A stretch of DNA of 64,000 nt from Takakia lepidozioides. Its lineage: Eukaryota; Plantae; Bryophyta. Below, piece by piece: positions 37,085 to 48,000 of this stretch (positions are counted from its first letter, which is position 1; each line of letters begins with the position of its first letter). Below the pieces are notes generated by a model. The model worked only from the letters and a program-made list of their open reading frames with translations. It was not told where the DNA came from and searched no databases. The stretch spans positions 31,496,001-31,560,000 of the forward strand of contig CM060733.1 of assembly GCA_030704615.1 (NCBI GenBank), in the 5' to 3' direction. The position numbers and the translations under genes were made by a program.

Positions 37085-38140
37085 TGTCGCGCGGCTTTTA
37101 CTCACCCATCCCTTCGCTATCCGAGGTGGAAACTCCAAGATAGAAGAGTTGGAAATCTCTAAGTACTCAGCCCGCGCAGAACAATCAGTCATGACCTACA
37201 GCTAGTGTATCATGGGGGTGTTTCCTATTTGTTTCCTTTTCCGCATTCATCTTAGCTACCTTACCATTGATAATTAAGTATCAGTTTGCTTCATCAATTT
37301 ATCGGTTTCCTTCACTCCTCCATTCAATCCACAGCTTCACTCAGATCTCTCTACACAGTATGATTGTATCGTATAAGTATCAGATTATGATTTATCAGGT
37401 ATCAGGCCGAAGCCATTGTGTCTCTATTCTCCTCTACAATATCCCTACAACTTTGCATATAACAAGCATCTACTAATCCTCTTTCCTCCTTCATCGTGCT
37501 CACCGACTTCCGCTCCAGTCTCACTCCGAAATCCTCCTTCCCATAATAATAATCCTCCTCCCTTCATCATTCCCCGTTCTTCCCTTTATCCTCCTATCCG
37601 CGGTTCTAACCGTTTCCCTCTCTAACCGTCGTATGTGAATTAACATGTTCCCTTCACAGGTGTTGTTCCTCACAGTCGTTCCCTGTCCTACTCTTCGTTC
37701 CCTATTATCGTGACAGCTGTGTCAAGCGGTGACTGGCTGTGTTTGGCTGTGTCGGGCTGTGACTGGCTGTGTGGCTGTGCCGGGCTGTGACTGGCTGTGC
37801 CGGGCTGTGACTGGCTGTGGGCTGTGTGGGCTGTGACGACTGTGACGGGCTGTGTGGGCTGTGACGGCTGTGTGGGCTGTGTGGGCTGTGACGACTGTGA
37901 CGGGCTGTGTGGGCTGTGACGGCTGTGTGGGCTGTGACGACTGTGTGGGTTGTGACGACTGTGACGGCTGTGTTGGCTGTGTGGGCTGTGACTGCTGTGT
38001 CGGCTGTGTGGGCTATGTAACCCCCCTCTACAGTGCGCTGCTGTCACCCCTAAGGTTCCTGTTTGTCTCAGTCTGTGCAAAAATTAAGGGTACCCTACAG
38101 ATCCCGTATAAGTGTCTAAGTCCCCTACCGTCCTCTAACA
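37085..38140 (-). repeat. 3' LTR (~1056 bp)
   Basis: TG...CA termini, with an expanded GGCTGTG array at ~37705-38020. Confidence 0.9.
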
Positions 38141-38144
38141 TTTA

Positions 38145-38158
38145 CCCCTTCCTCCCTC
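38145..38158 (-). promoter_or_regulatory. Polypurine tract GAGGGAGGAAGGGG
   Basis: A purine run lies 4 nt upstream (minus strand) of the LTR's TG. Confidence 0.85.
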
Positions 38159-38179
38159 AAAAAGCCGTGTCCTCACGGT

Positions 38180-40149
38180 TTACTGTTTCTGAGTAGCAAC
38201 CCTTTGTGAGTGAGCACCTTGTTGATGTTGAGAGTTTCGTGGCGGGCTGTGTGTACGAGCCCGAGGTCTGTCTCTGGTTGACGGAGATGGTTGATCATTA
38301 CCTGGATAAGTGAGGCCTTCTGGAGGCTGATATCGAGGTAATCTTTCCGGCATAGGAGATCCCCTTTGTTTCTTCTCTTCCATCTGAATTGCATAGTCTT
38401 CTCCCATGTCAAAAGAATTCTGTGAAGAAACAGTTGTATCAGAATCCTCATCGCCTCTCAGGTGTTTTAATTTTCGAACTTTTTGTGGAATCATCTGGGG
38501 CATACAATGCTGTCCTACCATGTCTGGAAGTTTGCATTTTACAACCTGGTGTAACCGTTGAACAGCAAAATTGGTGTAGACACTGAGCTCCTTGTCTGTC
38601 CAGATGAGTGGGGTACCAATTACTGGTGCAGCGTGCAAGTATTTCCATGCGATATGTCCCTTATAGAAAATGTCATCAAGTCCGAATTTCTGTGTTGACA
38701 AATTGTTGCAGGCTGCTTGAAACCATGAACGAATTTGAGAATCCTTCTGTATCATAACTTTTGGGTCATATAGGTACATATGAGGTGGCACCGAAGGTAA
38801 TACCCAATGATCTCCACTGGAGTAACTTTGAAAGCGTGCTTGCATCTTTTGTTGCTCTATGTGGTAACGTATCAGAAAACAAGCAGCGTAGTATAGCCCG
38901 CACCCCATGACAATACTTGCTATCTCCTTGGTCTTGGTATAAATGAGTCCATGTACAACCTGGAAAGCAACCAATTCCCTCAACATGGTACCTGCCTCGT
39001 GCCAGTATTGTGCAAAGTGATGATCTTCAATATGTCGATTGTTTGGAAGAACTTTAGTCCTGGTTGCCACTGGCAGCCAAATACGCATGATTTGGTAGTA
39101 ATGTGCGAATGACTGCGGAGGACTAAATTCTTTCCAAGCCAAATCCAACATGATGGGAATTTGGTTGAAGGGCATAATCATAGCCCTACTGTACTCCCTG
39201 GCAGCTGGAGTTTTAGGTGGGTTAAAAGCTGCATTGCCCCATACCTCCGGCTGTGGTGGCTGTGGTGTGGTTGTAGTAACCACAGGTTCAGCTACTGGTA
39301 CACTGACCTGTTGTGGTGGTGGTGGTACTGGTTCCTGTACCATTGGCATCTCCTGCACCTCCTGTGAAGACTGAAAAGCCAGAGTTCTGGCTTGCAAATA
39401 AGAAGCCATTAGCTGTTCCTGAGGGATATAGACTCTTTGGTCGATGTTTGAAGTGAGGTCTTCCACTTGAGTCTGGAGTCCGTCTACATCCTCTTGTAAC
39501 TCTGCTATCATACTATAGACATTGTCTATAGTAGTTGTGGCAATGTTCTGCACCTGCAGTCTAAGCTCATTCATCTCGCTTTGGGTGAGCTTCCGTGGGG
39601 CTTTGCCTTCTACTGGCCCTTGTGCTAACCAGACCTGCATAAGGCTGTTATCCACCAAGCTGTTTGTGGTTCCCCTGAGAGTTTGCTCCTCTCTTAGCTT
39701 ATACAATTCCAACTGCTGTTGTAAAGCCTTCATGCGCTTCGCCTGTGGCTCAACCAATTGCGCATAGGCAGCAAGTAGATTATTGGCTTCTTTCGAAGCC
39801 TTGTTACTGACCGCGATTTCATTTCTATTGGCCACGATGGTTTGTTGCAACTCCACGATGTATTTCTCTTGCTCAGCTTCCATCTGCCTGTATTGCTTGA
39901 AAGTATGTTCATTGCGACAGATTGTATTCTTCATATCGACAATGAGCTTCATGTGCTCCACATTCTCTTCTTCTGCCTTCGTACATTTTTCCGCTTGACT
40001 GTTTATTTCTTTTGTTGATTGGTCAAGCATAGTTGTAAATGTAGCGCATTGTATCGCCATCCTGTTATGCACTGTCTGCAACTCCGTATGTAGTGCATTC
40101 AGTTCTTGCAACTTGCTTTTCATGCTGCACCTGCATTTGGTATAGCTGT
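38180..40149 (-). CDS. Gypsy ORF3, C-terminal part (coiled coil + unknown domain), cut by the gap
   Basis: Open reading from the gap to the stop at 38180, near-identical to 40650-42306. Confidence 0.75.
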
Positions 40150-40649
40150 NNNNNNNNNNNNNNNNNNNNNNNNNNNNNNNNNNNNNNNNNNNNNNNNNNN
40201 NNNNNNNNNNNNNNNNNNNNNNNNNNNNNNNNNNNNNNNNNNNNNNNNNNNNNNNNNNNNNNNNNNNNNNNNNNNNNNNNNNNNNNNNNNNNNNNNNNNN
40301 NNNNNNNNNNNNNNNNNNNNNNNNNNNNNNNNNNNNNNNNNNNNNNNNNNNNNNNNNNNNNNNNNNNNNNNNNNNNNNNNNNNNNNNNNNNNNNNNNNNN
40401 NNNNNNNNNNNNNNNNNNNNNNNNNNNNNNNNNNNNNNNNNNNNNNNNNNNNNNNNNNNNNNNNNNNNNNNNNNNNNNNNNNNNNNNNNNNNNNNNNNNN
40501 NNNNNNNNNNNNNNNNNNNNNNNNNNNNNNNNNNNNNNNNNNNNNNNNNNNNNNNNNNNNNNNNNNNNNNNNNNNNNNNNNNNNNNNNNNNNNNNNNNNN
40601 NNNNNNNNNNNNNNNNNNNNNNNNNNNNNNNNNNNNNNNNNNNNNNNNN
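40150..40649. other. Scaffold gap (500 N)
   Basis: Run of N. Confidence 1.
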
Positions 40650-40787
40650 TTTGTGGAATCATCTGGGGCATACAATGCTGTCCTACCATGTCTGGAAGTT
40701 TGTATTTTACAACTTGGTGTAACCGCTGAACAGCAAAATTGGTGTAGGCACTGAGCTCCTTGTCTGTCCAGATGAGTGGGGTACCAA

Positions 40788-43700
40788 TTACTGGTGCAGC
40801 GTGCAAGTACTTCCATGCCACATGTCCCTTATAGAAAATGTCATCAAGTCCGAATTTCTGTGTTGACAAATGGTTGCAGGCTGCTTGAAACCATGAACGA
40901 ATTTGAGAATCCTTTGCATCATAACTTTTGGGTCATATAGGTACATATGAGGTGGCACCGAAGGTAATACCCAATGATCTCCACTGGAGTAACTTTGAAA
41001 GCGTGTTTGCATCTTTTGTTGCTCAATGTGGTAACGTACCAGAAAACAAGCAGCGTAGTATAGCCCGCACCCCATGACAATACTTGCTATCTCCTTGGTC
41101 TTGGTATAAATGAGTCCATGTACAACCTGGAAAGCAACCAATTCCCTCAACATGGTACCTGCCTCGTGCCAGTATTGTGCAAAGTGATGATCTTCAATAT
41201 GTCGATTGTTTGGAAGAACTTTAGTCCTAGTTGCCACTGGCAGCCAAATACGCATGATTTGGTAGTAATGTGCGAATGACTGCGGAGGACTAAATTCTTT
41301 CCAAGCCAAATCCAACATGATGGGAATTTGGTTGAAGGGCATAAGCATAGCCCTGCTGTACTCCCTTGCAGCTGGAGTTTTAGGTGGGTTAAAAGCGGCA
41401 TTGCCCCATACCTCCGGCTGTGGTGTGGTTGTAGTAACCACAGGTTCAGCTACTGGTACACTGACCTGTTGTGGTGGTGGTGGTACTGGCTCCTGTATCA
41501 TTGGCATCTCCTGCACCTCCTGTGAAGACTGAAAAGCCAAAGTTCTGGCTTGTAAATAAGAAGCCATTAGCTGTTCCTGAGGGATATAGACTCTTTGGTC
41601 GATGTTTGAAGTGAGGTCTTCCACTTGAGTCTGGAGTCCGTCTACATCCTCTTGTAACTCTGCTATCCTACTATAGACATTGTCTATAGTAGTTGTGGCA
41701 ATGTTCTGCACCTGCAGTCTGAGCTCATTCATCTCGCTTTGGGTGAGCTTCCGTGGGCTTTTGCCCTCTACTGGCCCTTGTGCTAACCAGACCTGCATAA
41801 GGCTGTTATCCACCAAGCTGCTTGTGGTTCCCCTGAGAGTTTGCTCCTCTCTTAGCTTGTACAATTCCAACTGCTGTTGTAAAGCCTCCATGCGCTTCGC
41901 CTGTGGCTCAACCAATTGCGCATAGGCAGCAAGTAGATTATTGGCTTCCTTCGAAGCCTTGTTACTGACCGCGATTTCATTTCTATTGGCCACGATGGTT
42001 TGTTGCAACTCCACGATGTGTTTCTCTTGATCAGCTTCCCTCTGCCTGTATTGCTTGAAAGTATCTTCATGGCGACAGATTGTATTCTTCATATCGACAA
42101 TGAGCTTCATTTGCTCAACATTCTCTTCTTCTGCCTTCGTACATTTTTCCGCTTGACTGTTTATTTCTTTTGTTGATTGGTCAAGCATAGTTGTAAATGT
42201 AGCACATTGTATCGCCATCCTGTTATGCACTGTCTGCAACTCCGTATGTAGTGCATTCAGTTCTTGCAACTTGCTTTCATGCTGCACCTGCATTTGGTAT
42301 AGCTGTTGCTTATGTGCTTCGTGCAACTGGTCTTGCGCGAGGTTTGCCTCAATCAATTGTTGCTTGGCCAACTGCAAAGCCATTTCTGTATTGCCCAAGT
42401 CCTGCTTCATCTTGAGAGTGACCTCTTCATCGACCTTGTTTGCACACTCAGTGGCAAGTCGAGCCTCAAACTCCTTCCTGAGTTCCTCTTTCAAGGCTGT
42501 CAATTGGGTAATTGGAACATGGGATTTGACATAAGTCCCCAACAAATTAAGTGTCCTGCCTATGGAACTCATCAGCATTGCCTGTTGAGGGTCATCATGG
42601 TGAGGTTGCTGCTGTTCCTCCCGATCTTCAACAGTATGATGTCTCACTAACCATTCAGGCCATTGTCCCACCGGATTTTCTTCCTGAACTACTTCATCTA
42701 TGACTGGTGTTACAGTGTCATGACCTTCCGCCTGTGGTACCTCCGACACAGGTGTGTGCATTATATGCACCTCAGGATTTCCCTTGGGCAACTGTTGCAC
42801 CTCTGGGATTTCTGTCTCCTTGACCAGACCAGAATATTCATAGAGAAGGTCCCCTTTCTCTATTTCTGCCACTATCTGTTCTGTAGTTGGAATATCTATC
42901 CCTTCACTTTCCAAATCAATTATTTCGGGTTGAGCTGCATGGATAACTTGTGACCTTGTGACAAGTCGTTCAAGTGGCTGTGTTGGCTGTGATGCAGAAG
43001 TAACTTCCTCCTCCCTCTCTGAAGGTCCTGCTTCCAGTAATAACATTCTTTTGTGCTGCTGTGCCCCTTCCTGGTCATGAGCTTGGGAAACATTATCATG
43101 CGGAATCCGTGAAGCCAGTGGATCCGCCACTACAGTCTTTCCCCTTCTCTGCCTCTTAGTCTCGGGTTGTGCTGCTAGTCCACCCTCACTGTGTGAAGAG
43201 CCTTGCTCTTCCATTGCAGTTGTTTCTGGCTCAAACACTCCCATTTCCTTCCTTTCTTGTGCATTAAGTATGCCAGAATTAAGGATTATTTGAGCAATGA
43301 TTGGGCCAGACACTATGATAGGAGACTTTGCGGTAGTACCTTGTAATCTTTTCATCTCCTCTACTAGTGCGTTGTACATTATGTCCGCCCATTGTACCTC
43401 TTGTCCCTTCAGGCCTTTGAGTATTTCCTCTGTGAAGGATCTGCTCAAATATTGTTGGTTCTGTTTCAGGGCAAACAGAACGTTCAATACCTGGCCTATC
43501 TCTTTTAACCCTGGGTACACAGCTTTGGTACAAGCATAACCCTGAGTTTTAAAGAAACTCCCTTCTTGGAATAAGTCCCCTATTTGCAGTCTTGCCCTGT
43601 GTTCCCCCACATGCACCTGACCTGCTGGCAATCGAAACAATTGCTGGAGGTATAGGGGAGTAATCATTAATTCAACTCCCTTCACCGTTGTTGTTCCTGT

Positions 43701-45017
43701 CCTTGGCTCAAAGTTCTGCAAAAATTGTAACATGTACTGTCTATGGTGTAGTGTCCAATCTAGGCTTTGCAATCCTTCCAATCTCAGCTCCTCCAGTATC
43801 TTTATCGCCTGTGGGGTAGCCATCGTTTGTTTCTGCAGAATTGTGGTGCTCTTCACCCTGATTTCCTCCATTCCTCTCACTCTCTTCATCTTAGACTCAC
43901 AGAACTGCTTTGGCTGTAACAACTGCAGGAATGCCTGTAGTGCACAAAGCAGAAACGTATGGTTGCCGCAGAAAGCTATGGGTAATCTCTTGTAAGCCTG
44001 CGGGGCTTGCAAGCATTGCTCAAGAGAAAAGCTCTGCTCTGTCGTTTCGTGTCTATGCCACTGCGTAAGTAATATTGCGAGCGTATAGTCTGTTAGTTCC
44101 TCCATAGTTTCCAAGTTATAGCATTTATGGCCTGTCCTGTCGAGACGCCCGTTACTCAGAACGACGCCGCCTCTTGCGCTCAATTTCCCTCCATTTTCTT
44201 GATCATTTCTCTGGTTTTCTATTGGCTGTATCCGCTGTGACTGGATTTTAACTTTTATCTTCTTTAGTGGACTTTCCCTGTTGGATAGTCCACTAGGATC
44301 ACACATGCGACATGAATTCGGCTTTTCTGTACTTGCCGTTCGTTCCGTTTCCCTTTTTCCGTATTCATTAATGGGCCCGCCTTTCATCCCATTTGACGGC
44401 CGTTCTTGTCCTCTTTCTTTTTGACACCTGTCCTTGCACTTCATTCTCTGCTGTGTGTCGCGCCCTGACCTCCACGTGTCTATTTTTAAAGTAATTTCCG
44501 TTTCCTCTTCCGTCATCCATTTTCCTGAAGTTATTATGTGTCCACTTGTCACTGATTCTATGGATGGTGTAACTTTAGTAGGCTGTGTTGAGCTGTGACA
44601 GGCTGTGTCATACTGTGTTACCCTGTGATAGGCTGTGATGCACTGTGGTAAGCTGTGATAGGCTGTGACACGCTGTGGTAGTGTTATAGGCTGTGTTGCG
44701 CCGTGCTGGGCTGTGATAGGCTGTGTTGCGCCTTGCTGGGCTGTGGTTGGCTGTGTCACGTCGTGACGGGCTGTGGTTGGCTGTGTCACGTCGTGATGGG
44801 CTGTGGTTGGCTGTGTTGCGCCTTGCTGGGCTGTGGTTGGCTGTGTCACGTCGTGATGGGCTGTGATAGGCTGTGTTGCGCCTTGGCGGGCTGTGATAGG
44901 CTGTGTCACGTTTGTTTTGCCCACCCTGGTCGTATATGCTGGGCCTAGCAACAAGTGTTCCATACTCCGTTCGTAACACTGGTGCAGCCCGTGACTGTTT
45001 TGCGGTTCAACATGCAA
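40788..45017 (-). CDS. Gypsy ORF3, >1400 aa extra ORF downstream of integrase
   Basis: A 1409-aa open frame (true start uncertain) with N-terminal TQPxTA repeats. A central region (ILEELRLEGL...QFLQNFEPRTGTTTVKGVELMITP..LQQLFRLP) is reminiscent of plant-transposon/PMD-like domains, followed by a long heptad-rich region. Confidence 0.75.
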   Translation of the reverse strand: MHVEPQNSHGLHQCYERSMEHLLLGPAYTTRVGKTNVTQPITARQGATQPITAHHDVTQPTTAQQGATQPTTAHHDVTQPTTARHDVTQPTTAQQGATQPITAQHGATQPITLPQRVTAYHSLPQCITAYHRVTQYDTACHSSTQPTKVTPSIESVTSGHIITSGKWMTEEETEITLKIDTWRSGRDTQQRMKCKDRCQKERGQERPSNGMKGGPINEYGKRETERTASTEKPNSCRMCDPSGLSNRESPLKKIKVKIQSQRIQPIENQRNDQENGGKLSARGGVVLSNGRLDRTGHKCYNLETMEELTDYTLAILLTQWHRHETTEQSFSLEQCLQAPQAYKRLPIAFCGNHTFLLCALQAFLQLLQPKQFCESKMKRVRGMEEIRVKSTTILQKQTMATPQAIKILEELRLEGLQSLDWTLHHRQYMLQFLQNFEPRTGTTTVKGVELMITPLYLQQLFRLPAGQVHVGEHRARLQIGDLFQEGSFFKTQGYACTKAVYPGLKEIGQVLNVLFALKQNQQYLSRSFTEEILKGLKGQEVQWADIMYNALVEEMKRLQGTTAKSPIIVSGPIIAQIILNSGILNAQERKEMGVFEPETTAMEEQGSSHSEGGLAAQPETKRQRRGKTVVADPLASRIPHDNVSQAHDQEGAQQHKRMLLLEAGPSEREEEVTSASQPTQPLERLVTRSQVIHAAQPEIIDLESEGIDIPTTEQIVAEIEKGDLLYEYSGLVKETEIPEVQQLPKGNPEVHIMHTPVSEVPQAEGHDTVTPVIDEVVQEENPVGQWPEWLVRHHTVEDREEQQQPHHDDPQQAMLMSSIGRTLNLLGTYVKSHVPITQLTALKEELRKEFEARLATECANKVDEEVTLKMKQDLGNTEMALQLAKQQLIEANLAQDQLHEAHKQQLYQMQVQHESKLQELNALHTELQTVHNRMAIQCATFTTMLDQSTKEINSQAEKCTKAEEENVEQMKLIVDMKNTICRHEDTFKQYRQREADQEKHIVELQQTIVANRNEIAVSNKASKEANNLLAAYAQLVEPQAKRMEALQQQLELYKLREEQTLRGTTSSLVDNSLMQVWLAQGPVEGKSPRKLTQSEMNELRLQVQNIATTTIDNVYSRIAELQEDVDGLQTQVEDLTSNIDQRVYIPQEQLMASYLQARTLAFQSSQEVQEMPMIQEPVPPPPQQVSVPVAEPVVTTTTPQPEVWGNAAFNPPKTPAAREYSRAMLMPFNQIPIMLDLAWKEFSPPQSFAHYYQIMRIWLPVATRTKVLPNNRHIEDHHFAQYWHEAGTMLRELVAFQVVHGLIYTKTKEIASIVMGCGLYYAACFLVRYHIEQQKMQTRFQSYSSGDHWVLPSVPPHMYLYDPKVMMQRILKFVHGFKQPATICQHRNSDLMTFSIRDMWHGSTCTLHQ
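44578..44910. repeat. 30-bp GGCTGTG-based tandem repeat after integrase (also at ~12430-12615)
   Basis: Units such as GGCTGTGTTGCGCCTTGCTGGGCTGTGGTT and GGCTGTGTCACGTCGTGATGGGCTGTGATA. Confidence 0.9.
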
Positions 45018-48000
45018 ATCATGCTGCAGGGGTTTGTCATGGATACCACTGTACCCTTCAACTTATTTGCATTGACTCTTCCCAGCATTTCTTTGTTAAT
45101 GGTTTGTAACATGGCGGTGTTGTTATCATACATCTTTTGTATGACATAAGGTCCTTTCCACGGTGATTTAAGCTTAGAAGCTTGAATCTTTCCTTTCTTC
45201 TGCAACCATAGAACCAAATCCCCCGTCTTAAAAGTCTTTAACTTGCCTTCATCAAACTGTTCCTTTCGCTTCATCTGAATTCTGGTCATATTATCAGCTG
45301 CATCAGCACGTACTTCTTCCACATGGTATAATTCATGTTTCCTGACCTTGATGGAGTCTTGCAATTCCATTCTTTTTCCCCACTCCGTTCTCATGGTAGG
45401 TAACAGGAATTCCACTGGAAGTAAGGCTTCCATACCATAAACTAATTGGAATGGTGTATACTTAGTGGTGACTTTATATGAAGTCCTGTATGACCACAAA
45501 GCTGTCAGCAGCTTTGTATCCCAATCCGTTCTGTTTGCATTGACTATCTTAGCCAAGATAGTACATAGTATTTTGTTGGTAGCCTCTGCCTGCCCATTAC
45601 CCTGTGGGTAATATGTTGTACTCTTTCTATGCACAATCATAAACTCTTTAGTCAACAACTCAATGGTCTCATTCATGAAGTGACTTCCTTGATCACTGAT
45701 AAATTCTAAGGGACAGCCAAATCGTGTAAGTATGTTCTCGTACAGGAACCTTGCTGTGGACTTGGCTGTGTTGTCCCTCAAAGCTTTAGCTTCCACCCAC
45801 TTTGTAGTATAATCAGTGGCTGTAATTATGTACCTGTTTCGTGTATTCTTGGATGGTGGATTAATTGGTCCAACAAAGTCTAGTCCCCATTTCTGAAATG
45901 GTTCCGTAGGCATTGTAGGATGCAAGGCCATTCTTCCAGATCTCTGCAAAGGTCCTAGCCTCTGACATTCATCACACTTCTGACAATACTCATGTACATC
46001 TTTGAACAAAGTAGGCCACCAGTATCCTGCGAGTAGTATCTTTCTACTGGTAGTCTCTTCTCCAAAATGACCTCCAGCCACTCCTTTATGAACTTCCTCC
46101 AAGACTTTATTTACTTCATGGTGGTACAAGCATCGTTTTAGTACTCCATCAGGTCCTAACTTATACATTCTGCTTCCTACCATAGTATAAGGTAAAGCTT
46201 TGATAGCAATTCTCTTCCTCTGCTCCTTACCATAACTAGGTGGGCACTGACCATGAGCAAGGTAGTATCTGATTGGCCACTGCCAATCTAACCATTCATC
46301 TGCACTTCCTTGCACCTCCATTACAAATAAACTCGCATCAGGTAACTGATCGTCCACTCCTGTGGCGGCCTCTCCTGTTGTTAGTCGTGACAAATGATCT
46401 GCCACAAGATGCAAACGGCCAGGCTTGTAAATAACCTCGAACTCAAACTCATGCAAGATTATTAACCACCTCGCTATCCTTCCACTTATCAAAGGTTTGT
46501 TCACCAGATATATCAGAGCCTGGTGATCCACATAAAACATAAACTTTCTTCCCAATAGGTAATGCCTGAATTTCTTGACTGCATAAATCATTGCCAATGC
46601 TTCTCTTTCCGTTGTACTATAGTTCCTCTCAGCACTGTTCATCAACGGCTAGCATAGTACACAGGTGAATCTATATTCCCTGTAACATTCTGGGCTAACA
46701 CCGCACCCAACGCTTCTCCTGATGCATCGCAGTGAACATGAAATACTACATGCCAGTGAGGGTTAATCAGCACAGGTGTAGTTGTTACTGACAGTGTAAG
46801 TTCCTCAAACGCCTGTTGACATTCAGCTGTCCAGGCAAACACTGCATCTTTCTTCAGAAGCTTGCTCAATGGTGCTGCTATTTGTGCATACCTTTTGACA
46901 AATCTTCTGTAATAACTGGTTTGCCCAAGGAATCTCCTTAAACTCTTAACATTCACTGGTGGTGGAGAGACTTTAATGGACTCTGTCTTCCTGGGATCCA
47001 CAAGAAGTCCCTTCTTACACACAATGTGTCCCAGAAGCACCCCTGAGTTCACACAGAAAGTACACTTCTCTGGATTCAAGCCCAGACCTCTCATCCTGCA
47101 TCTGGCCAGGCATAACTCCAATTTATGCAAGTGCTCATTCTTAGAGCTGTACACACTGAAATCATCCAAAAACACCTGCATGAAATCATCCAGATACTCA
47201 TGAAAAGATTCACTTATCACTCTCTGAAAGGTCGCTGGTGCATTACAAAGTCCAAAGGGCATGACTTTGTATGCATAAGCCCCCCAGTCTGTGATGAAAG
47301 CTGTTTTCCCTTGGTCTTCTTCTGCCACTTGCACTTGATTATAACCACTGAAGCCATCCATGAATGAGTACATCTCATGGCCTGCCACAGTGTCTAATAC
47401 TGCTTCTGTGAATGGCAAAGGGAAAGGATCTTTCTTCGTACAAGCATTCAGCTTCTTATAGTTCACACATACTCTTAGTTTGCCATTCTTCTTGGAACTA
47501 TAACAATGGGTGACAACCAAGTTGTATACTCTATTGGGTATATAAACTTAGCCTCAGCCAACTTCTTTATCTCTTCTCCAACCTTCTGTGCGTAGTTGGG
47601 ATTCATTCTATACCTCGCCTGCTTGATTGGTACTGACCCTGGTTCCAGTTCAATCTTATGCTGACAGACTTCAGGTGGTATCCCTTTTAGATCCTCATAG
47701 CTCCAAGCAAATACATCTCTGTATTTGATGAACAAGCTTTTAGCTTCTTCGAAGAATTCCGGCTCCAAATCAGCTCCTACTTTCACCATTCTCGGTTCCT
47801 CCTGAGTTCCCACATTTACTTCTCTCACCTGCTCATCAGCTGTGATTGTCCAACCAGTCACCACTTCATCCTTTAAGCTCACAGTGGCTGGTTCTTCTAG
47901 GATTTCTATCTCTCCTCCTTTTCTTCATAGAAATGTGGTGGGTAACTGCTGGTTTCCTCTTCAATTGGTGTTGCCGACACTACACCACAGCAGATACCTC

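Larger units (their letters stand above)
37085..40149 (-). mobile_element. Ty3/Gypsy copy 3: 3' end (ORF3 C-terminus, PPT, 3' LTR)
   Basis: The LTR is preceded on the minus strand by a polypurine tract, and the ORF3 C-terminus is open to 38180. Confidence 0.9.

Noticed and set aside
40093-40869. ORFs spanning the N run
   Set aside because: These are artefacts of translating N as X.
40788-45017. Retroviral env gene
   Set aside because: The position fits, but I see no clear signal peptide, transmembrane anchor or fusion-protein motif.
46640-47920. Programmed ribosomal frameshifts in pol
   Set aside because: Copies 1 and 2 are in frame at the same positions, so these are 1-bp deletions.
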